Shown: positions 1 through 14,565, numbered from the stretch's first letter. The stretch is DNA of 64,000 nt from Eledone cirrhosa (GCA_964016885.1 OZ024751.1:12710001-12774000), one strand, 5' to 3'. The notes: a model not told the origin generated them from the letters alone. Translations and numbers: made by a program.

Positions 1-1
1 C

Positions 2-580
2 GTATTTCAGTATACATATGTGGATGTACATTTTTAACTTAATTGTTTAAGCGTCAGTCATACAAAAGTGAGTTACAAACGAAACGAAATTTAATTTCGT
101 TTCGTTATTTGTTTTTATCGTCTCCGTTGAACCGGTACGCACTCACGCTCTATGCAAATTGGTCTGCCCACTACTAATTTTTATAGAAAAGCATATAACG
201 ATATGTGCTTTTACGATTCTCCAGAAAGGTCGGAAGAAAGGTAAATATTGCTGATGAGTTGTAACAACAACGAAACTAGTTCAATATTCCTTGTCTGGCT
301 TTCTGGAGAATAGAGGAAAGGTGTTTCCTCAAAAACCAGTATGACTCTAAAAACCGGTTTGTCTGTGTGTTTACATACAGAATAGCTGGACACTCACAGT
401 AAAGTGACCAGTGAAAGACTTGGTACATCTACATATGTATACGTGTGTGTATTCATATGCATACTAGTATTTCAGTATACATATGTGGATGTACATTTTT
501 AACTTAATTGTTTAAGCGTCAGTCATACAAAAGTGAGTTACAAACGAAACGAAATTTAATTTCGTTTCGTTATTTGTTTT
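2..580 (+). mobile_element. Retrozyme-like non-coding element: 465-bp unit with >=114-bp terminal direct repeat and central hammerhead
   Basis: 2-115 is repeated at 467-580 (period 465; may extend beyond the window start). Contains ATGCAAAT at 152-159 and a hammerhead at 244-288, and runs directly into a (TA)n array. Homologous to 36425-37036. Confidence 0.7.
244..288 (+). ncRNA. Type I minimal hammerhead ribozyme
   Basis: AATATTG-CTGATGA-GTTG(TAACAA)CAAC-GAAA-CTAG-TT-CAATATT: 7-bp stem I, 4-bp stem II, palindromic minimal stem III, GUU cleavage triplet. Confidence 0.85.
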
Positions 581-674
581 GATATGTATATATATATGTG
601 TATATATATATGTATATATATATATATTTGTATATATATATATGTATATATATATATATTTGTATATATATATG

Positions 675-705
<31 letters not shown>

Positions 706-731
706 GTATATATATATATGTATATATATAC

Positions 732-802
<71 letters not shown>

Positions 803-840
803 CATATATATACATATATATATATACATATATATACATA

Positions 841-878
<38 letters not shown>

Positions 879-1006
879 CATATATATATATGTATATATA
901 TGTATGTATATATATATATATATATGTATATATATGTATGTATATATATATGTATATATGTGTATATATATATGTATATATATGTATGCATATATGTATA
1001 TATATG

Positions 1007-1039
<33 letters not shown>

Positions 1040-1716
1040 GTATATGTATATATGTGTATATATATGTATATATATATGCATATGTATATATGTGTATATA
1101 TATGTATATGTATATATATATATGTATATATATATATATGTATATATATATATGTGTATATATATATGTGTATATATATATGTGTATATATATATGTGTA
1201 TATATATATGTGTATATATGTATGTGTATATATATATATATGTATATGTATATATATATATATGTATATGTACATATATATATATACACATATATATATA
1301 TACATATATATATACATATATAAATATATATATATATACATATATATACATATATATATATATACACATATATATATATACATATATATATACATATATA
1401 AATATATATGTATATATATATATATATGTATATATATGTATATATATATATATTTATATATATATATATATGTATATATATGTATATATATATATATTTA
1501 TATATATGTATATATATATGTATATATATATATGTATATATATATATGTATATATATATATGTGTATATATATATATGTATATATATATATATGTATATA
1601 TATATGTATATATATATATATGTATATATATATATGTATATATGTATATATATATGTATATATATATATGTATATATGTATATATATATGTATATATATA
1701 TGTATATGTATATATG

Positions 1717-1747
<31 letters not shown>

Positions 1748-1830
1748 GTATATATGTATATATATATGTATATATATATGTATATATATATGTATATATA
1801 TATATGTATATATATATGTATATATATATG

Positions 1831-1862
<32 letters not shown>

Positions 1863-1885
1863 TATGTATATGTATATATATATAT

Positions 1886-1938
<53 letters not shown>

Positions 1939-2079
1939 GTATATATATGTATATATATATATGTATATATATGTATATATATATATGTATATATATATGT
2001 ATATATATATGTATATATATATATGTATATATATATGTATATATATATGTATATATATATGTATATATATATGTATATG

Positions 2080-2110
<31 letters not shown>

Positions 2111-2341
2111 GTATATATATATATGTATATATATATATATGTATATGTATATATGTATATATATGTATATGTATATATGTATATATATATATATGTATAT
2201 GTATATATATATATGTATATATATATATGTATATATATATATGTATATATGTATATATGTATATGTATATATATATATGTATATATGTATATATGTATAT
2301 ATATATATATGTATATATATATATGTATATATGTATATATG

Positions 2342-2372
<31 letters not shown>

Positions 2373-3061
2373 GTATATATGTATATGTATATATGTATAT
2401 GTATATATGTATATATATATATGTATATATATATATGTAAATATATATATGTAAATATATATATGTATATATATATATGTATATATATATATGTATATAT
2501 ATATATGTATATATATATATGTATATATATATATGTATATATATATATATGTATATATATGTATATATATATATGTATATATGTATATGTATATATGTAT
2601 ATGTATATATGTATATATATATATGTATATATATATGTATATATATATATGTATATATATATATGTATATATATATATGTGTATATATATATATGTATAT
2701 ATATATATGTATATATGTATATATATATATGTATATATATATATGTATATATATATATGTATATATATATATGTATATATATATATATGTATATATATAT
2801 ATGTATATATATATGTATATATATATATGTATATATATATGTATATATATATATATGTATATATATATGTATATATATATGTATATATATATATGTATAT
2901 ATATATGTATATATATATATGTATATATATATATATGTATATATATATGTATATATATATATGTATATATATATATATGTATATATATATGTATATATAT
3001 ATGTATATATATATATGTATATATATATATGTATATATATATATATGTATATATATATATG

Positions 3062-3092
<31 letters not shown>

Positions 3093-3591
3093 GTATATAT
3101 ATATATGTATATATATATATGTATATGTATATATATATGTATGTATATGTATATGTATATATGTATATGTATATATATATGTATGTATATATATATGTAT
3201 ATATGTATAATATATATATGTATATATATGTATATGTATATATATATACTATATATATGTATATATGTATATTTATATATACTATATATATGTATATATG
3301 TATATTTATATATACTATATATATGTATATATGTATATGTATATATACTATATATATGTATATATGTATATGTATATATACTATATATATGTATATATGT
3401 ATATGTATATATACTATATATATGTATATATGTATATGTATATATACTATATATATGTATATATGTATATATACTATATATATGTATATATGTATATGTA
3501 TATATACTATATATATGTATATATGTATATGTATATATATATACTATATATATATGTATATATATATACTATATATATGTATATGTATATA

Positions 3592-3645
<54 letters not shown>

Positions 3646-3745
3646 TATATACATACATATATATACATATATATATATGTATATATATGTATGTATATAT
3701 ATATATGTATATATATGTATGCATATATATATATGTATATATATG

Positions 3746-3814
<69 letters not shown>

Positions 3815-4133
3815 GTATATGTATATATGTGTATGTATATGTATATGTATATATATGTATGTATATATATATATGTATATATATATGTATATATATATGT
3901 ATATATATGTATATATATGTATATATATATATGTATATATATATATGTATATATATATATGTATATATATGTATATATATGTATATATATATATGTATAT
4001 ATATATATGTATATATATATATGTATATATATATATGTATATATATGTATATATATATATGTATATATATATGTATATGTATATATGTATATATATGTAT
4101 ATATATATATGTATATATATATATGTATATATA

Positions 4134-4168
<35 letters not shown>

Positions 4169-4433
4169 ATGTATATATGTATATATGTATATGTATATAT
4201 GTATATATATATATGTATATATATATATGTATATATATATATGTATATATATATATGTATATATATATATGTATATATATATATGTATATATATATATGT
4301 ATATATATATATGTATATGTATATATGTATATGTATATATGTATATATATGTATATATATATGTATATATATATATGTATATATATATATGTATATATAT
4401 ATATGTATATATATATATGTATATATATATATG

Positions 4434-4465
<32 letters not shown>

Positions 4466-5100
4466 TATGTATATGTATATATGTATATATGTATATATGT
4501 ATATGTATATATGTATATGTATATATGTATGTATATATATGTATATGTATGTATATATGTATGTATATATATATGTATATATATGTATATATATGTATGT
4601 ATATATGTATATATATGTATGTATATATATATATGTATATATATGTATGTATATATATATGTATATATATGTATATGTATATATATATACTATATATATG
4701 TATATGTATATATATACTATATATATGTATATTTATATATACTATATATATGTATATTTATATATACTATATATATGTATATTTATATATACTATATATA
4801 TGTATATATGTATATGTATATATACTATATATATGTATATATGTATATGTATATATACTATATATATGTATATATGTATATTTATATATACTATATATAT
4901 GTATATATGTATATTTATATATACTATATATATGTATATATGTATATGTATATATACTATATATATGTATATATGTATATGTATATATACTATATATATG
5001 TGTATATGTATATATACTATATATATGTATATATGTATATATACTATATATATGTATATATACTATATATATGTATATATGTATATATACTATATATATG

Positions 5101-5133
<33 letters not shown>

Positions 5134-6066
5134 GTACATATATATATACTATATATATGTATATGTATATATATATACTATATATATGTATATGTATATA
5201 TATATACTATATATATGTATATATATATACTATATATATGTATATATAAATACTATATATATGTATATATATATGCTATATGTATATGTATATATATATA
5301 CTATATATATGTATATATATATACTATATATATGTATATGTATATATATATACTATATATATGTATATGTATATATATATGCTATATGTATATGTATATA
5401 TATATACTATATATATGTATATATATATACTATATATATGTATATGTATATATATATACTATATATATGTATATGTATATATATATACTATATATATGTA
5501 TATGTATATATATATACTATATATATGTATATATATATATGTATATATGTATATATATATACTATATATATATACTATATATATGTATATATATATATGT
5601 ATATATGTATATATATATACTATATATATATGTATATATATATACTATATATATATACTATATATATGTATATATATATATGTATATATGTATATATATA
5701 TACTATATATATATGTATATATGTATATATATATACTATATATATATGTATATATGTATATATATATACTATATATATATGTATATGTATATATATATAC
5801 TATATATATATGTATATGTATATATATATACTATATATATATGTATATGTATATATATATACTATATATATGTATATGTATATATATATACTATATATAT
5901 GTATATATATGTATATATATATACTATATATATGTATATATATGTATATATATATACTATATATATGTATATATATGTATATATATATACTATATATATG
6001 TATATATATGTATATATGTATATATACTATATATATGTATATATATGTGTGTATATATATATGTAT
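581..6066. repeat. 5.5-kb degenerate (TA)n/(TATG)n microsatellite array
   Basis: Direct reading. Sub-domains have TACA, TATG and TACTA interruptions. Source of the spurious Y/I/M/C ORFs. Confidence 0.97.
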
Positions 6067-6674
6067 GTCAGGTCACCAGTTGGTGCTACTGGTAACATGT
6101 ATCCCAGTACAACCTGTCTCATGGTCGGGTCGTTGGCGACTAAACTGGCAACCCCACCAAGGTTTCTTGGTGAGGAGGGTGACTTTGGACATCCTGCAGG
6201 ACTAAAAACAAAACCTGTCAAAGGGCAAAGGAGCTCTTAAGAGTCAATGGCCATCCAAAATCACCGGGAGAGATGACCCCTTAGCCTTTGTCAAGGCAGA
6301 ATTCTAGGAGAAGGAAAACTCTGATATAACACCTGCAACCCTGATGGTATCCAATGATGTTGACTTGTTCTTCTTTTTGGTAAATATCATCTTGGTTAAG
6401 AGAGTGGGACTGGCTTTGTGCAGTGCCTTTGCTCACTATAAAAGCTTCACGGCACAGGCATTGCTTTATATCTGAATATCTCTCTGCACTTGTCCTTACA
6501 TGGTACCATGGGCCCAGCACTATGTGTCAATAATTGTCACAAGTGTAGTGTTTGTACCAGAGTTTTCAAGTCGCTGGCTGGACTAAAAAGTCACACTCGT
6601 TCAGCGCATCGGTAGGGGTTCTCCTACATGGATATAAAGTAGTGGCCGTACTTGAAAACGAGTTGGCAGCCACC
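6067..6674 (+). mobile_element. 0.6-kb non-coding dispersed element, copy 1 (RTE 5'UTR-like)
   Basis: Near-identical to 37666-38274 with the same two ends, both in (TA/TG)n. CTAGGAGAAGGAAAACTCTGA resembles RTE-clade 5'UTR motifs (from recall). Strand is tentative. Confidence 0.7.
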
Positions 6675-6877
6675 ATATATGTATATATATGTGTGTATAT
6701 ATATATGTATATATGTATATATATGTGTGTATATATATATGTATATATATGTAAGTATATGTATATATATGTGTGTATATATATAGGTATATATATGTGT
6801 GTGTATATGTATATATATGTGTGTATATATATATGTATATATATGTGTGTGTGTATGTATATATATGTGTGTGTATA

Positions 6878-6910
<33 letters not shown>

Positions 6911-7225
6911 GTGTGTGTATATGTATATATATGTGTATATAGATATATGTATATAGATGTGTATATATATATATATATGTATATATATGTGTGTGTATAT
7001 GTATATATATGTGTATATAGATATATGTATATAGATGTGTATATATATATGTATATATGTGTGTATATGTATATATATGTGTATATATATGTGTATATAT
7101 ATGTGTATATATATGTATATATATATATGTATATATATATGTGTATATATATGTATATGTATATATATATGTGTATATATATGTGTATATATGTGTGTAT
7201 ATATATGTGTATATATATACACACA
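6675..7225. repeat. (TA)n/(TG)n compound microsatellite
   Basis: Direct reading. Confidence 0.95.
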
Positions 7226-7944
7226 CGTTTTTTGCTTTTACTCTTCAACCTAAAATTAGATTGAAAATTGAATAAAAATATGAAATTTTGCCTCAATTTT
7301 CCTTCAAGCCAATTTTCTGGCTGTTTTTTTCTCTTAGTTTTCTTTTCTTATTTTACCTATTTTGTCCTAATCTAATGGGATTTCTTAGACATTTACTTAA
7401 GAAGTAGGAGGGGGATCTGGTCTGGTCTGGTCTGGTTTTGTGTAGTAGTAGTAGGAGGAGGACGGAGAGAAAGAGAATGTGGAGGTGAGTGAAAAAGATG
7501 GGGTAGAGTAAGAGGTGATGACAAGCGAGTCATTTAAACAATGACCTATCACATTTGACAAGAACTGTGTGTGAAAGGTTAGCAAACAATTTCGCTTCCG
7601 AAACAATTGAATTAAAGAAGAAAAAAACACAAACTGTAGATCTATTTATATTAGTAATAATAATAATAATAATAATAAAGTTCCAACAACAGTAATAATG
7701 TTTTCTTTATTAACCACAAGGGTTTACATAAAGTAGACATTAAGGACAGTACAGGACAATACAGGACGGTACAAATGGGCATTTCTGCGTGTAAAAAAAA
7801 ACAGAGGTTGAAATAAAATAACAAAGAAAAATTCCCCAATAGGGGGGAGACTTCCGAGGGACATTTGTGAAGAAAGCCCATTAAAAGACCACAGTGGCCC
7901 TGACCACCAGGGCAAGTGCCCTCTCCCAGTTTTCCACCTTTAAT

Positions 7945-10900
7945 TTACAGACACATACTCAGAGAAGGCCCATTTATTCGGGCCATACTTGCTTCTCTCA
8001 CCCATCTTTCAACAAAATGCTGGGAAGAAAGCACTTCCCTCTCTACCCTGATTTTCCTTTTCAAATGAAACTTGAAAAAGTTAATCAGGGCATCACCGAA
8101 GAGGTAAGTGCTCGTCTTCAGCCCTTTCAAACGTGTCCACCATACTATCTCTTTCGCCATGGCCACCAGACAGATAAAAACTGCCTGCCCTTCCCGGCTA
8201 AAGGAAGGGGGCGGGGCAATCCTCACGATGGACTCAGCTGATAGCTGGATCCGTCCTACACGTGACAGCAGGTGTTCGACATAAACCCACAAGTCAGCAA
8301 TGCTCGGACACTGGACGAGTGCGTGCAGGACGGTTTCGTCGCTATGCGCGCACATCGGACAGGCTCGGCTGACGGCATTTCCGTGCCTGTAGAGCTTATC
8401 TCAAACCGGCAGCGCTCCCCGGTAGCACTGCCAGGCCAGGGATTTTTGGAAGTAATCCATAGACCCCGGGCTGAAAGTTCTCCGGAAGAGAGCAAGCAGC
8501 TGATCTTCTTCGACGCCCAGGATCTCTCCGAGAACGTCGTCGCTCTTCCCCTCCACTAGTCCTCTATAGAACGCCGAGGTGGATGTTCCACCGGTACTGG
8601 TGCCCAACTGGGAGAGGGCAGTGAGCGCCTGGAGACATTCCAGTTTCCAAGCGCTATCCCGCGGTCTTTTTCTGACCCAGGACTGCAGCTCCGTCAAGGA
8701 GACGAGCTGTGGGAAAATGTGCCTGGCGAACGGCGACCACACCCGTTCACCATCAAGGAAGCACCAGAGATGTCGCAGCCTCAGCGCATGTTTGCGCATC
8801 ATCAGCCATGGCTTGCCCAGTCCTCCACGCAACGGGTGTTGACAGCAGATGGATCGTCTGACCATGGGAGCGCGTCCCTTCCACAAAAAGCGGAAGAGGA
8901 GGCGCTCCATTTTGGTGAGAGTTGGGCTGGAGCAAGGGACGACGGTGAGGCGATGGTAGCAGATGACGGATGCGATGTACGCATTCGCCACTTCCGCCCG
9001 GCCTTTTAGGGACAGCTTCCTCTCAGCCCATTTCTGGGTGAGGGAGGCCACCCTGCTCGTCACCTCGTTCCAGTTTTTCTCCATCTGGAGGTCCGGTTCG
9101 AACCAGACCCCGAGCAATTTAACCGGTCCGTCCGTCCAACGCCCCACGACGCTGTCGGGCGGCATGGATTTGCCTCTCCAGGTGCCGAGCTGCAATCCTA
9201 CCGACTTTTCCTGGTTTATCTTTGCTCCTGTCACCGCTTCGTATTCCTTGAGAGCGGTGCCGAGCATCTGGACGTGTCTGGTGCTCGACACCACCACGGT
9301 GACGTCGTCAGCGTAAGCCGACTTGGATTTCCCGCATCCTAGTTCGCGTGGGACGCCCCTCATCGCCCCCAGTGTGTGCAGTAACGGCTCGAGAGCCAAT
9401 ACGTATAAGAGGGACGAGAGGGACAACCCTGGCGGACTGAGCGCACGATGCTGAACAGCTGCGACAGGTGACCGTTCACCCTCACAACTGAGCAGATGTC
9501 GCTGTACATTGCTGCGATCCAACCCCTGAAAACGGGCCCGAAACCGGCTGCCTCGAGGACCGCCGCCAGGTACCGATGGTCGACCCTATCGAATGCTTTG
9601 GATTGATCCAAGTTGATCAGGGCCCCATCCTTGCCAGGTTCTTTAACCACCCTCTCTATGATGTATCGCACGAGGTGGAGGTTGTCGTGTATGGATCTGT
9701 CCGGAATGGCGCATGTCTGCGCTTCTCCCACCAGACCCTTGACGACAAGCGCCAACCTCGTTGCTAACACCTTGGCCAAAATATTGAACTCTGCGTTTAG
9801 CAGGGTTATGGGCCTGAAATTATCGATAACATCCCCCTTGTTCTGGTCTTTTCTCAGCAGCGCTACTGCTCCCCGGCTCAGAAAACTGGGAATGCTCCCG
9901 TTCTGCTGCCAGTTGCAGTAGACGTCTGCCAAGAGGTCACCGAACAAGTCTGGCATAGATGCATAAAGCTCGTAGGGCAGACCATCCAAACCTGGCGATT
10001 TACCCCTTGTGCAGTTAGCCATCGCTTCCCGTATTTCACCGGCTGTTATTGGCTTTTCGCAACACTGTGCTGCGGTCGTCGAGAGCCGAGGCAGTCCGTC
10101 GAGGTATGCACTGAAGTCCATGCCCCGATCCGGGCCGCCGCCGCTCCCGAACAGTTCAGCAAAGTGCTGCTGAAAAGCTTCACACATCCGCTCGGGTTCG
10201 AGCATCACACACCCGTTTTGGTCAGACAAAGACCGAATTGTGGCTTTGTTGCCACGTCGCGCCTCTGCCACCCGGGCCCATTGGACGGTTTTTGTCCCCT
10301 CGTGTTTCAGAGCAGGCGCTCTAGCTCTGACAACGCAGACTTCGTGTTTTGCGTTGAACAATTGGTCGAGTGCCAATCTCGCCGCAAGAACGTCGGTTGC
10401 GATGCCTGTCCTAAACGCTTCTTCTAGCTTTCTGACTAGCTCTCCCTCTATTCTATTTTCCTCTATCACTACTCCTTTGCTAAATCTAATCGACTCTACT
10501 TTAATTGCCCTTTTCAGGGCGAACCACCACCTGTTGTTGACGACCGCTCCCGTCAACGCCCGCTTAACTAATACGTTAATCCGGTCTCTGTAGGCTTTGC
10601 GCGCCGGGAAAGACGCGTTCAGCTTCCAGTAACCAGGCCCTTGTCTATGAAGTCTGTCTATGTCGCTCTCACAGATCACAAATTTATGGTCTGTGTAGTC
10701 GACTATTTTAAATTGTGGACAACTTATACGAGCCTTATCTAGTTTTCTGCAGAATACCCTATCGAGATACGATCTGGATGACCCGATGCGGTTTGTCCAT
10801 GTCCACATTGGCACATTCGGGTGATCCAGTCGATACCTGTCAGCCGCCGAAGATCGGTGCGAAGGCTTGTGCTTCGGAGATTCTGGATTCACTGATGGCC

Positions 10901-11004
10901 ACCACATCTATGTTTAGTGACCTGAGGTCGCTGAGCAGGTGACCCTGCTTCCAAGATGACCCCAGGCCACGTGCATTTATACTGCCTATTCTGAGTACGG
11001 CCAT
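7945..11004 (-). pseudogene. LINE ORF2 (APE endonuclease + reverse transcriptase + zinc finger), inactivated
   Basis: Motifs in order: GSINARGL, SYLDRVF, TDH, GYWKLN, KSPGLDG, FRPITLLN, LDQSKAFDRV, VRQGCP, YADD, CPMC..ETVLHALVQC. Lesions: deletion/frameshift near 10845 (no GDFN motif), frameshift near 9422, in-frame TGA at 8401-8403. Confidence 0.93.
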
Positions 11005-11036
11005 GCTGGATGAGAAACGGGGCAAGTGAGAAAGGG

Positions 11037-11809
11037 TCACTTACCTTGTTCGTGTGGTGAAGGGACAGTAGAACCGTCCCTTTCGCTGGTCATGGGTGTT
11101 TCCAAGAGGATGTCAGTGTATATCCTCTTGGTAACCGACTCTCTGAAGTCTCCAACTGCGTTGGGGAATTTTTGTTTTAAAGGTTTGTACTGTTCTATTG
11201 AGATTTCGATGATGCTTATGTTTGTCGGGAGAGTTCTTGGTGTTGGTGGGGTGTAGTAGTTGTTTTCTGTGATGTCTGTGTGCTGCTTTATATATTGTAT
11301 TGGTTCTTTTTTTGCCATGTTTATGGCTGTGTAATCTTTTGGGGGAGGGGTGATTTTGTTGCTGTTTTCTTCTTGTTGCTGTTTGGTGTGTGTGTCTTGT
11401 TGTGTTTGCGTTGTTGGTGTTTTTGTTGATGCTGGTGGTGGTGTGGTTGTTGTTGTCAGTGGTGCTTGTGGTGGTGATGATGGTGATGGTGTTGCTGCAA
11501 GTTTTCTTGCTGCCTTTACCCCTCTTTTGGAGGGTGAATCTAAGGGTTTTTTTGTTTTTTGTGGCAGACCGTTTGCCACTTCACTCCCGCCTCAAACTCC
11601 ATGTCGGATTCTGTGGCGTCTGGGAGGGGTATGTGCTCCACGGCTGTTGGTGGTGGTTGTGGAGCCCTCTTCGGAAATGTTGTTGCTGGTGTAGCTACTT
11701 CAAATGTAGCTATTGGTGTTGCCGCCACTGATGATGTAATAATAATTGTAATAAAGTTAAAACTACTGCAAAATAATAATGATAAAGTTAATAAAGTATG
11801 GATAGTCAC
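11037..11809 (-). pseudogene. Probable ORF1 C-terminal remnant of the Tx1-like LINE
   Basis: Low-complexity T/P/K-rich frames (11540-11809 and 11037-11579) that stop 32 nt before the ORF2 ATG. No recognisable domain. Confidence 0.5.
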
Positions 11810-12041
11810 AGGTAAGCAAAGTTGTTGTGGTTGTAGTTGCTGTTGTTTGTTGCATTTTATTGTTGTGTTGGTGATGGTGATTGTAGTTGTTGTGGTGGTT
11901 GTTTTGGTGGTTGTTGTTATGGTGGTGCTTGGTGGTGTCTTGCTATTTGTAGCTTGTTATAATTAGTCAGTAGTAATCTTAGTAAATATTTTCAGACCTG
12001 TTGTTTCTCACTCACTCCATTTTTTTAGCCCCCCACCCCCC

Positions 12042-12083
<42 letters not shown>

Positions 12084-12716
12084 CGTTCTGCCTATCTGCC
12101 CATCCAACTATTTCACTATATATATCTCTTTCTACCCCCAGAAATTATATGTTGTGATGTTGATGCAAAATCTTAACTTTATGCTACCAATTCCTATAAC
12201 CTCTCCACATTTCTAAATTAGGGTAACTTGGAGATTTCATTGGTCATAAGCTAGCCTCCACATTTCATTATCCACCACAAAAATCGCAGAAAAAACGAGA
12301 TATATTGCTAATTTCTGAACTCAGCACCCCGTCCTTTTCATACCAGTCTCCCTAACATCGCCATTGATTCTATAAAGTAAAACCATTGGTTTTATAGTGT
12401 CCATGTTTAAATTTAAACCTTCCATCACATTTTTTTTTCAAAGAACATTTTCTTAAAATATGTTCTGGATACCAACTTAATTCACAGAAAGTTATTTATT
12501 TTACGAAAATCCTCCATCTTTTTGGTTATTTTAGAAATTAATTGAAAATCATATATAGACTATTTCTAACATCCCTGTATATAAGTGTAGGTTGTTTGTG
12601 CTCTAGATTTGATATTGTACCCAACAATAACTGTCATTGCAACTTCATATTGTTTTTTGGGGGGGAATAAATAAAGTAACGTCCCATTATCTCTTATATA
12701 TACATACATATACACT

Positions 12717-12817
12717 AGGCCTGAACACAAAAGAACCAATCTCCCACTGTCACTACCTCCGTCCGTCACCAGGCCTGAACACAAAAGAACCAAACTCCCA
12801 CTGTCACTGCCTCCGTC
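12717..12817. repeat. Tandem duplication, about 54-bp unit
   Basis: AGGCCTGAACACAAAAGAACCAA..CTCCCACTGTCACT.CCTCCGTC occurs twice. Confidence 0.9.
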
Positions 12818-12824
12818 TCTATTT

Positions 12825-13166
12825 CATTAGAAATATAGTAATGAAACAGTTAAGAATAACGAGAAAATACGATGCTGCTACATTCATGGCAGCATTAGAA
12901 ATATAGTAATGAAAGGGTTAGGCAAGTTCGAGAAAATACGCTGCTGTTATGGGGAGGACGATAGAGATGGAGACGATGATAGTGGAAGTATACATATGTG
13001 TCTATTTTTACACTATCGACCCTAATTTACTCTATTTTAAATTTATGTATTTTAATAAAAGTCGTATTTACTTTTTCATGGCAACGTTAGAAATATAGTA
13101 ATGAAAGGATTAAGAAACTGCGAGAAAAAAACGATGCTTTAATATTCATGGCAGCATTAGAAATAT
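12825..13166. repeat. Degenerate repeats of about 68 bp (another copy at about 13920-13978)
   Basis: TTAGAAATATAGTAATGAAA..GTTAAG..CGAGAAAA..CGATGCT..TTCATGGCAGCA recurs 3-4 times. Confidence 0.8.
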
Positions 13167-13569
13167 TAGCAGAAAGGTGGTTTTTCTGCTAGCATGTGTA
13201 GTGTGCATATTGATATTATACGCAAATATATATACATGTAGATATGATACGTCAAATAAAATCGTAATTGACAATATGCACAGAAATTGAAGAGAGACTG
13301 TGTTACACTCTCGTCTGTAATCAGTAAAGTAATCCATGTTACATTTAAAAAAAACGATATTATATATAAACTACATTACAGTGAAATGTAATGAAAACGA
13401 AAAAGGAGAAAATTAGCGACGGAAATATAAACACTATGATATCACCACGATGCAATTATATTAACATATATATAAGTGATATGTGATATAGCGTCCGTTA
13501 TATCATAACCGGAAGTATTGACATTTGAAAATTTTAAAAGAAGTGAATCTTAAAATAAGCAATCATTAT

Positions 13570-13758
13570 GTGGTAGATTGGCAGTATCGGTAGAGTGTCG
13601 GACGCCATGCTTTCTAGCATAGTTACGTCCCTTTACGATCTGCGTTCAAATCCCGCCGAGGTTGACTTTGCCTTTCATCCTTACGGGGTCGATAAAATAA
13701 AGTACCAGTAATGCACTGGGTAATTTGCTGGCCTTGTGCCTAAAGTAGAAACAATTAT
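13570..13758 (+). mobile_element. tRNA-derived SINE (octopus OK/OR-like), full length
   Basis: A-box-like TGGCAGTATCGG, B-box GTTCAAATCC, body GACTTTGCCTTTCATCC..GGGGTCGATAAAATAAAGTACCAGT..GCTGGCCTTGTGCC. Many copies in this window. Confidence 0.85.
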
Positions 13759-14533
13759 ATATAAGAATATTTATGTTTACTCAACAGCTACGAAATTCAG
13801 TATATAAATTATGTAATATTCATTCATTATTTATTTAAAGTAATCCAACTTATTTTAATAACGAGATAAAAAAAATATATTCAGGACACAGTCCCGCACT
13901 CCTCACTTTATTATATTATGATAGTAATGAAAGGGTTAAGAAACTTCGAGAAAATACGATGCTGTAATATTCATGGCAGAGTGATATTACATTCTCTGGT
14001 GTTTGATTTTCATGGGTTGTTGTCATGTGAATCTCAATTCTTGGCAACTATTAAACAATGACAAACATGCGCTCGATTAAACACCATTCATACAACACAG
14101 ATTGACATTACTCTAGAGGTCAAACAATGCTTAATTAGAAGGAAAATTACACCCGACACGAACCAACATATATCCGGTTCGCTCTACACAAGGGTGTATT
14201 TTTCGTTTTCTTGTATCTTTCAAGCAAGATTATCGAATAAGACATTTCAGAGAAACCATCAACCCATCACACCTGGTGAGGAAAGGAAGACACTGCTGTT
14301 ATTTATCTATGAGAAGTCATACTGCAATACACCTATGAACCCTTAAGACTATGGATATATATATATATATATATATATATAGGCATATGTGTATGTAAAT
14401 GTGTATATGTATGGATTTATATGTAGATGAAACAATTGTTCTCGGTGTGGTGAACAAACTGTTGTGTTACTACTTACATATATATATATATGTAAATGTG
14501 TATATATATGTATGTATATGTATGTGTTATACC

Positions 14534-14565
<32 letters not shown>

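Larger units (their letters stand above)
7700..11810 (-). mobile_element. Tx1/L1-type non-LTR retrotransposon, near full length, disrupted
   Basis: ORF1 remnant, ORF2 with APE, RT and C-terminal CxxC..HxxxxC, and a 3'UTR ending AATAAAGAAAA near 7701-7711. The 5' boundary is lost in (CAA)n-like sequence. Confidence 0.9.

Noticed and set aside
512-6240. Very long ORFs (up to 1556 aa) of Y/I/M/C/V, and all similar ORFs elsewhere
   Set aside because: Translations of (TA)n/(TG)n microsatellites, which lack stops by composition and are open in several frames at once.
8256-10942. Plus-strand and alternative-frame ORFs overlapping the LINE
   Set aside because: Shadow frames of the GC-rich RT coding sequence.
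13570-13660. Possible tRNA gene (A and B boxes)
   Set aside because: No cloverleaf; continues into a multi-copy SINE body.
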